The notes beneath the pieces are model-generated. The model made no database searches, had not been told where the DNA came from, and saw nothing but the letters and a program-made list of their open reading frames with translations. Shown here in pieces: positions 57,646-64,000 of a stretch of 64,000 nucleotides of DNA. Source of the stretch: a virus. Taxonomy: Duplodnaviria > Caudoviricetes. Position 1 is the stretch's first letter, and each line of letters starts with the position of its first letter. Where the stretch lies: positions 39,321-103,320 of IMG/VR virus record IMGVR_UViG_3300029288_000109; one strand, written 5' to 3'. The translations under genes and the position numbers were made by a program.

Positions 57646-58526
57646 TATATTTTAAACCCCATTTCTTCCATCGCTGTTTTTAAAAAATTATCCATACGAA
57701 GATTTTTTTTAATATATTCAAATCCTCTTTCGGCTATTTCTCTAGCTTCGTCTTGATGATTTATATAATATATTGTTTTTGCTATCAAATCAGAGATATT
57801 GTTATAATACACTATCTGATCACCATCTAAAAAATAAGGATAATCTGTTTTGCAACTTAAAACAAATCCTTTATTTGCCATAAATAAATTTATAACCCTT
57901 ACTGTTGCAAGTATAGGATTATCATAACTTTCTGTGTTTAAGCACACCTTTGCGCTATTTGCGCACTTAGCAATAAAATCAACATCACTAGTTAACGGAC
58001 CAAATCTTATAATATTATTTTTATTCAGAGCGTTTATAATCAAATCTCTTTTAGGCGTTGCATATTCTAATGCGAAAACATCACACACGGGGGCCACACA
58101 TGAAATATATTTAGTATTGTCAATTCTGGTCATGCTCTCGTGATAACCAAACGGAGCAAATATCACTGGAGTAGTAGACACGCTTGTTGTGTAAGAAAAC
58201 ATCTCTGGAGACTGCTCTAAAACAAAATTTGCATATTTTTGTTCTTCAGTATATCCAGACAAATACAACTCATTTCTATGTATTTGTTCCATCTGTAATA
58301 ACACAACACACTTACTTTTACCAAAAATTTCTTTAAAATGCGATAAGCTTCTATCTCGCATATGAAAACTATGTAATGCTAAGAACGTAATATCATCATT
58401 AAAAAAATCTTGTGGAATAAAGCCCTCGTGAAACTCGTGTCCCCATTGCGTAAATATTTGATTATATGCCAAACTATAATATACGGAACCTTTTAAATTA
58501 AAAAAACCTATTTTCAAAATAATCAC
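57645..58526 (-). CDS. glycosyltransferase (GT-B, CgeB-like C-terminus)
   Basis: AKVCLN...RVI...MANKGFVLS...YY..HQDEAREIA..G. Confidence 0.7.
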   Translation of the reverse strand: MIILKIGFFNLKGSVYYSLAYNQIFTQWGHEFHEGFIPQDFFNDDITFLALHSFHMRDRSLSHFKEIFGKSKCVVLLQMEQIHRNELYLSGYTEEQKYANFVLEQSPEMFSYTTSVSTTPVIFAPFGYHESMTRIDNTKYISCVAPVCDVFALEYATPKRDLIINALNKNNIIRFGPLTSDVDFIAKCANSAKVCLNTESYDNPILATVRVINLFMANKGFVLSCKTDYPYFLDGDQIVYYNNISDLIAKTIYYINHQDEAREIAERGFEYIKKNLRMDNFLKTAMEEMGFKI

Positions 58527-58532
58527 ATCCGT

Positions 58533-59432
58533 TTATTTGTAATGTTCTATAATTTTATCCATAATTTCCTTAACAGAGTCTATAAATAAATCATGTGTAG
58601 AAATATAATTAAATGCACTATCAGCTATTTGTCTCGCTTCGTCTTGATGTATTAAATAATATTTCATTTTATCTATCATGTCGTCATTATTATCAAAATA
58701 TACAATATGTTTACCGTCGACAATACCCTCAAAATCATATTTCTCAGACATTACAAAACCACTATTTGCCATAAACTTACTAATAATCCTACCTGATGGG
58801 AAATAGCTATGTTTAAATATTGGACCATTATTGCTTATATAACTATAGGTGTTCAAACAAATCTTAGAGCACCTACTATAATTGCCTATTGTAATTGGAT
58901 CAAAAACGTTATCTTTAAAAAAAACAATATTGTTTCTACCCATGCGTTCTTCTATTTTTTTTCTATATGGCAACACACTTTCAATTTTAAAAATATCCCA
59001 TCCCAATTTCAAATCAGAACTAGTAAATGTACGCAAAGATGGATGATATCCAAATTTTAACAATAACACTGGTTTCTTACTAATTGATACCATAAAATCA
59101 AAAATTTCTATACCGCATTCAACATTAATATCTACAAAGTCTTGGATATTAATATACTGATAAGTATATTTTTTCACAATTTCGCCCAACTCAAACCCCA
59201 TTTGCTGCGTTTGTAATAGCACAACAAGACTATTATGCGCTTTAATATTCATAATATCTTCTGGTACCCATCTATTATGAACACAGCAAAGCGTAACATC
59301 GTTCCCCTTACATAAATTAGTATCATTTATTTGTAATGTTGAATCATAACCAAGTTCTAATAAAACAGTATTTAATAGCATAGGGAAAAAATGACTATAC
59401 GATGGAAAATATGTAAAAACACCTATTTTCAT
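58533..59432 (-). CDS. glycosyltransferase (GT-B, CgeB-like), paralogue of previous gene
   Basis: SKICLN...RII..FMANSGFVMSE...YYL.HQDEARQIA. Confidence 0.7.
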   Translation of the reverse strand: MKIGVFTYFPSYSHFFPMLLNTVLLELGYDSTLQINDTNLCKGNDVTLCCVHNRWVPEDIMNIKAHNSLVVLLQTQQMGFELGEIVKKYTYQYINIQDFVDINVECGIEIFDFMVSISKKPVLLLKFGYHPSLRTFTSSDLKLGWDIFKIESVLPYRKKIEERMGRNNIVFFKDNVFDPITIGNYSRCSKICLNTYSYISNNGPIFKHSYFPSGRIISKFMANSGFVMSEKYDFEGIVDGKHIVYFDNNDDMIDKMKYYLIHQDEARQIADSAFNYISTHDLFIDSVKEIMDKIIEHYK

Positions 59433-61603
59433 AAATTGCCACCAATCATAGAGTTAATTTCTATCCCCATTCTATTACAACGTACACCATTATCAAAACA
59501 TCCGCGCTTACAACTCCATTTCTGATCATAGTTTCTAACAACCATATTTTTAAACTCGCCTAAATCACTAGTCACTTTCCCAATTCTGCATTGTTTTGCC
59601 GTAGGCGTAGCAACCGTAGAACATTTATAAACATACCCATCAGCACCATAGGTTATCTGGTAATAACCATAAGCGCATCTATCAAACGTATATAAATCAA
59701 CATCTGTAAAATGCGGCCCATTCCAGAAAATATATGGTTTAGCCGACTCGTCGGTGGATAAATATTTCTGCACCATGTTATAATATGCATCTTTATTTTT
59801 TTGTTCAACATTGTCTCTGTATTTATGTACTTTCTCAAAAGACTGGTTATAGTTCGCAAATGGAATAGAAAATCGTAACGAATCAACTTTAAACTCTATA
59901 GCAAATTCACATATGGCATCAATATCTTTCTGAGTTGCATTAGCGCCAGACATCAAGTAACACAGTCTAATAGACGGGCCCTTGGCGTTCGTCTCTTCTC
60001 TTATTTTGAGGCCAAGCGCTATCCCATTTAGCGCATTGTCTAATTCGTTTCCTCTTGCGCCAGTAACCTTTCTAAAAGAGTCGTTGGTTCCGGCATTAAT
60101 ACTGATAGATAAGTAATCAACCCTATCCGTCGCTAAACGACACAACTCGGTTAACCATCCATAATTAACCTCAAGATCATACAACATTGTGCCATTCGTG
60201 TGAATACCAAAATGAGATCCGGTAGCTTTAGTAGTGGCCAAAAACGTCATAAAATACGGATTCATCAACGGCTCTGTGTAAGCGCCACCATAAATATGAT
60301 ACGGTATTGCGCCATCTAACTTATATAATAATTGTATAGCGTCGTTTTCCCATCTACCAAGTGACTTATCAAACAATTTCCCAGCACAATTTTTAACTAA
60401 CAAAAATGGGGCCACAAAAGAATGTGTTCCGCTCGTCTTTATGTCATAAACATCTCCACTATAATCATAGCTCTCTATTTCTTTTACTTTTACTTTTATA
60501 TAATTGTGTCCATTTATACATACGACCATAGAATTATATTTTGTTTTTAATGAAGACCACGAAACAATATACAACAAATGACTATTTACAACTCTCCCTT
60601 GTATTAAATTTCTGCTACTTCTATTATCAACTGAAATACTAGGTAGCATTTTTAGCGATAACACCAAAGACGATAATTTATATGCTAACATAGTAGAAAC
60701 AGTATATGCCCTTATCTGTTTACCGCCATGCCTATAGTTTCCATCGCAAGCAAGATATCCTTGTAAAAACGCTTCTTTTATGCTTTTATTGCCATTCATA
60801 ATAACATCTGGAATAGTTTTATTATTAGATCCTATTCCACACATTGAACCAATCAAAATCGCAATATCCGACGGACGACGCACATAAAGAGCATATGCCT
60901 TATCGCTTGTATACGCAATGCCCGTCTGTTTCTTAAATTTGTTGTGCAATATGTTTATAATTTTATCTCTCACTATATTTTTATAATCAGATAAGCAAAA
61001 CGATAACGCATAAGTATTTTTTCTATTTTTATTTTTTGTGACACACCCATCTCCAACGTAAGCACCTAATAAATACGCAACATCCTCATCAACAGTAATA
61101 GTATTACTTCCTAAAGTAATACTATTACTTACTTCTGGTAGCACTATTTCTGGAACAACCATCACGTCCCCAACATTAATTTCTCTAGCCATTTTTGTTC
61201 TTAACGTACTCGTACTAACATCATAATAATAAACATTATGGTTTCCGGTACAATTTAACGAAAATAAATAATCTGTTTTAATTTTTACACAATCTCCACA
61301 ATAATGATGGGTAATAACATCTTCAACATTGTTAATACCATTTTCACCAACAACAATGTCTCCACAAGATACATCTTCAATGCGTTTAAAATCAATTGTA
61401 TTTACCTTTATTGTTTCCCCAGGTAATAGGCAAAAATGGCAGTTTAAATTACAACTTCTATTATGATTACCAGGCAAATGAATCTCAAATTGACGCGGCC
61501 ACACAAATTTATCTGAAAAAATAATCTCAGGATCTTTTATGTGGTCCAGTAGTTGGTTCCAGTATTTATATTCTGGAAGCCTAAAATCATTTTCAAATAA
61601 CAT
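59429..61603 (-). CDS. radical SAM protein with C-terminal SPASM/twitch-like Cys domain, intein-containing
   Basis: CNLNCHF|C, GGAYTEP, TNG, DGYVYKC. Confidence 0.85.
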   Translation of the reverse strand: MLFENDFRLPEYKYWNQLLDHIKDPEIIFSDKFVWPRQFEIHLPGNHNRSCNLNCHFCLLPGETIKVNTIDFKRIEDVSCGDIVVGENGINNVEDVITHHYCGDCVKIKTDYLFSLNCTGNHNVYYYDVSTSTLRTKMAREINVGDVMVVPEIVLPEVSNSITLGSNTITVDEDVAYLLGAYVGDGCVTKNKNRKNTYALSFCLSDYKNIVRDKIINILHNKFKKQTGIAYTSDKAYALYVRRPSDIAILIGSMCGIGSNNKTIPDVIMNGNKSIKEAFLQGYLACDGNYRHGGKQIRAYTVSTMLAYKLSSLVLSLKMLPSISVDNRSSRNLIQGRVVNSHLLYIVSWSSLKTKYNSMVVCINGHNYIKVKVKEIESYDYSGDVYDIKTSGTHSFVAPFLLVKNCAGKLFDKSLGRWENDAIQLLYKLDGAIPYHIYGGAYTEPLMNPYFMTFLATTKATGSHFGIHTNGTMLYDLEVNYGWLTELCRLATDRVDYLSISINAGTNDSFRKVTGARGNELDNALNGIALGLKIREETNAKGPSIRLCYLMSGANATQKDIDAICEFAIEFKVDSLRFSIPFANYNQSFEKVHKYRDNVEQKNKDAYYNMVQKYLSTDESAKPYIFWNGPHFTDVDLYTFDRCAYGYYQITYGADGYVYKCSTVATPTAKQCRIGKVTSDLGEFKNMVVRNYDQKWSCKRGCFDNGVRCNRMGIEINSMIGGNL
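60389..61432 (-). mobile_element. intein (348 aa) with LAGLIDADG homing endonuclease
   Basis: CLLPGET start, CTGNH block B, LLGAYVGDG and FLQGYLACDG, VYDIKT..HSF....LVKN|C end. Confidence 0.92.
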
Positions 61604-62483
61604 TGTTTATCCTCAACCGTTGAAGTTTTGCGCTAACCTCTTCTGATAACTCAAGGTTATCGCCTATTTTGCCACATAAAATATCGTGCCAATGAGTAAT
61701 GGCGCGGTCAATACCGCGAAACTCATCATTCTCCATGCACCAATTATTATCTCCTTCGCCATAACACTTAAGAGGTATAGTATCAAACATATTATAATGC
61801 AAATGAAACCCTCTTTGATATATAGAAACTTTTGTTTCTTTAGATGGCGCCTCAGTGTCTAAATAAATACTACCAATACCGTCGTCCCCTAAGTGAAATC
61901 CAATTATACTAGTAACACATTTTTTACCAAACATCCTAAGATTTTTACTAACACAATCACCGTACCCCCATTTTAATCCTAATGCTTCAGTAATTGAAAT
62001 AGCATGAGAACCCAAAACATCATAGCAATCAGAATCACTATCGCTATTCCTACAAATAGCGATATTAACATAATTTACTTGATCTGGCACAACCAATTTG
62101 GCCATATGTTGTATTGATGGCGATAACGTCATAATATAATCAGTGTACACTGTTTTGTCTGCTTCTTCGGCTACATCTTGAATAAATAAAGTATCTTCAT
62201 ATGTTTCGCACAATGGTTTTTCAACCCATACGTGTTTGCCACTATAAAGCGCTGCCTCAGCTATAGCAATATGGGTATTGTTAGGAGTAGCTATAACAAT
62301 ACCTTCAACGCTTCTATCATCCCATATCTTTTGTAAATCGTACTTTGAATTAGCAACATGCTTGACATTAAACAAATCTTTACGCAAACTAAAACCATTA
62401 ATAAGTTTTGAGCCCCATTTCCCTTTACCAATTATAGCAATATGAATTGGCATTCTAAACCTCACAGTTTGATTATTAAACAC
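61593..62483 (-). CDS. Gfo/Idh/MocA oxidoreductase
   Basis: IIGKGKWG, IATPNNTH, GKHVWVEKPL. Confidence 0.9.
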   Translation of the reverse strand: MFNNQTVRFRMPIHIAIIGKGKWGSKLINGFSLRKDLFNVKHVANSKYDLQKIWDDRSVEGIVIATPNNTHIAIAEAALYSGKHVWVEKPLCETYEDTLFIQDVAEEADKTVYTDYIMTLSPSIQHMAKLVVPDQVNYVNIAICRNSDSDSDCYDVLGSHAISITEALGLKWGYGDCVSKNLRMFGKKCVTSIIGFHLGDDGIGSIYLDTEAPSKETKVSIYQRGFHLHYNMFDTIPLKCYGEGDNNWCMENDEFRGIDRAITHWHDILCGKIGDNLELSEEVSAKLQRLRINNVI

Positions 62484-63103
62484 TGACCAGTGGGTAAATA
62501 TATAGGTGTTTCTTTTTTATCAATAAAGAATTCGTCTACGGCTCTTTTAGCAGCATCAGCATAACCAGGAAAACCATAATCATCACAAAGTATTACTCCA
62601 CCAATAACCATCTTATCATAAAAAAATCCAAAAACATCCCTTGTGCTTGCATATAAATCAACATCAACATGTAAAAAAGAAACTTTAGGCACATTGACCG
62701 TCTTGAATGTTTCTGGCATAACACCACGATAAAAACAAATGTTATTAAATCCTGATAAAAACGAAACAACGTCATCAAAATTGCTCTTATAATCACCGCT
62801 CTTCTCTGGAGCAGGATCATTATTTGCCAATTCTGGCATTCCATCAAATGTATCAAAAAGATGTAATACAGTATCGTCAGAAATAGCATTAGCAATTATA
62901 TATGCAGTACCGCCTTTATAAACACCACATTCTACAAAATCACCACCAATAACAGAACAATGTTTACAAAAAGAATAAATATTCCAACAACGGTCTTTAG
63001 ACACAAGAGTTCTTTCTTGGCCAGGCAATGTTATTTTTTTAAATATTGTAGCAAATGGGTCACTTACCCACAATGCTAACTTACCATTTTCATATGTCAA
63101 CAA
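62462..63103 (-). CDS. TylF/MycF-family sugar O-methyltransferase
   Basis: GDFVECGVYKGG, LFDTFDG, LHVDVDLY, GGVILCDDY. Confidence 0.92.
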   Translation of the reverse strand: MLTYENGKLALWVSDPFATIFKKITLPGQERTLVSKDRCWNIYSFCKHCSVIGGDFVECGVYKGGTAYIIANAISDDTVLHLFDTFDGMPELANNDPAPEKSGDYKSNFDDVVSFLSGFNNICFYRGVMPETFKTVNVPKVSFLHVDVDLYASTRDVFGFFYDKMVIGGVILCDDYGFPGYADAAKRAVDEFFIDKKETPIYLPTGQCLIIKL

Positions 63104-63109
63104 TACAAA

Positions 63110-63985
63110 CTACCCCCCCGTAGTTGAATTAAACAATTCAATTCTCTTTTCCATTATTTTTGGATGTGTTCCGCAAAATTTTTCAACCATTGAACTATTG
63201 GCCAAACTAACATCGTATACACTATTAACCGAATCCTTAATATTGTCAAAATACTTAAGAAGCTTGGATAGATATAATATACGGGCCTTATCTTTTTCGC
63301 TTTCCAAATCTTTAGTTATGTGTTCACGCATCTTGTTTAAATAAGAACGCGGTGTTTTAACATGTCCATAATGAAAAATTTCAAATCCGCCTTTCAATAT
63401 AATTGGTTTGTACTTATCGTGCACACCAATATTCCACCCATCACCAATATGCTCTATGTGCCCACTACCATTATAATAGAACTTAACATATTTTTCACGA
63501 CTTGGTTCACTATCTAATCTCAATATTGTTGAATAATCATTATAAAAATGTACCATTGGTGAAAGGAATAAATAATCTCTACATTTATCAAAAGCATTCT
63601 TATTTTCTACTGAAGTTATCATTCCCAACAATGTATCGATATTTTTTTCATGGAAAACATCATCTATGTCAAATATAAATCTCCATTTGTAAGAACAATG
63701 CTTTGATGAATTGTCTTTTTGCTCCCCCAACCAGTTTTGCTTACCGCTCTTTCCCCATTCATAATTAAATATTTTCAATTGCGTTTTCCCGCACGATATA
63801 TCTTTTACAACATTTTGTAACTCAATAAGAATTTCAAATGTACCATCATCAGACTTCCCATAATTTACAATTATTTCATCAGAAAAATGGACAACAGATA
63901 AGATGGCTTCACGAATTGGAAAATCAAATTTTGCCCCATTACGAATTATAGAATAAGAAGATACCGGCTCCACACAAACCACCAT
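63110..63985 (-). CDS. glycosyltransferase family 2-like (start near window edge uncertain)
   Basis: FPIREAI.S, SDDGT, DIDD, IFHYGHVK, HPKIM. Confidence 0.8.
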   Translation of the reverse strand: MVVCVEPVSSYSIIRNGAKFDFPIREAILSVVHFSDEIIVNYGKSDDGTFEILIELQNVVKDISCGKTQLKIFNYEWGKSGKQNWLGEQKDNSSKHCSYKWRFIFDIDDVFHEKNIDTLLGMITSVENKNAFDKCRDYLFLSPMVHFYNDYSTILRLDSEPSREKYVKFYYNGSGHIEHIGDGWNIGVHDKYKPIILKGGFEIFHYGHVKTPRSYLNKMREHITKDLESEKDKARILYLSKLLKYFDNIKDSVNSVYDVSLANSSMVEKFCGTHPKIMEKRIELFNSTTGG

Positions 63986-64000
63986 CCTATATCTTTTGTA

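Overview
AT-rich, gene-dense segment of a large dsDNA phage (standard genetic code). NrdD and a beta-barrel membrane protein suggest an anaerobic, diderm host. There are two convergent arms meeting near 20.7-21.0 kb. The left (+) arm carries a peptide/amide-ligase cluster (Cys-rich COOH-NH2 amidoligases, a RimK-like ATP-grasp, two class-II glutamine amidotransferases), a sigma factor, RuvB, two RNA ligases around a HAD phosphatase, and two radical SAM enzymes (one RlmN-like). The right (-) arm carries an ArfB-like release factor, ThyX, an outer-membrane protein, and a replication/recombination module (split DnaE, dUTPase, NrdD, SSB, DnaG, DnaB, RecA). It continues into a ~10.5 kb array of 20 CCA-less tRNA genes interleaved with HNH endonucleases, then a sugar-modification cluster containing an intein-interrupted radical SAM enzyme. 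Most striking observation: five tRNAs end in N73-(C/U)U-AUG, so a start codon with no usable SD follows 2 nt after the discriminator, three times for a nuclease. Many ORF ends also abut tRNA 5' ends. This suggests mitochondria-like 'tRNA punctuation', in which tRNA maturation releases near-leaderless mRNAs. The array also holds an apparent 8/4-fold tRNA-Cys and a pseudoknotted ~113-nt spacer RNA. All calls come from reading motifs and folding by hand; no database searches were run.
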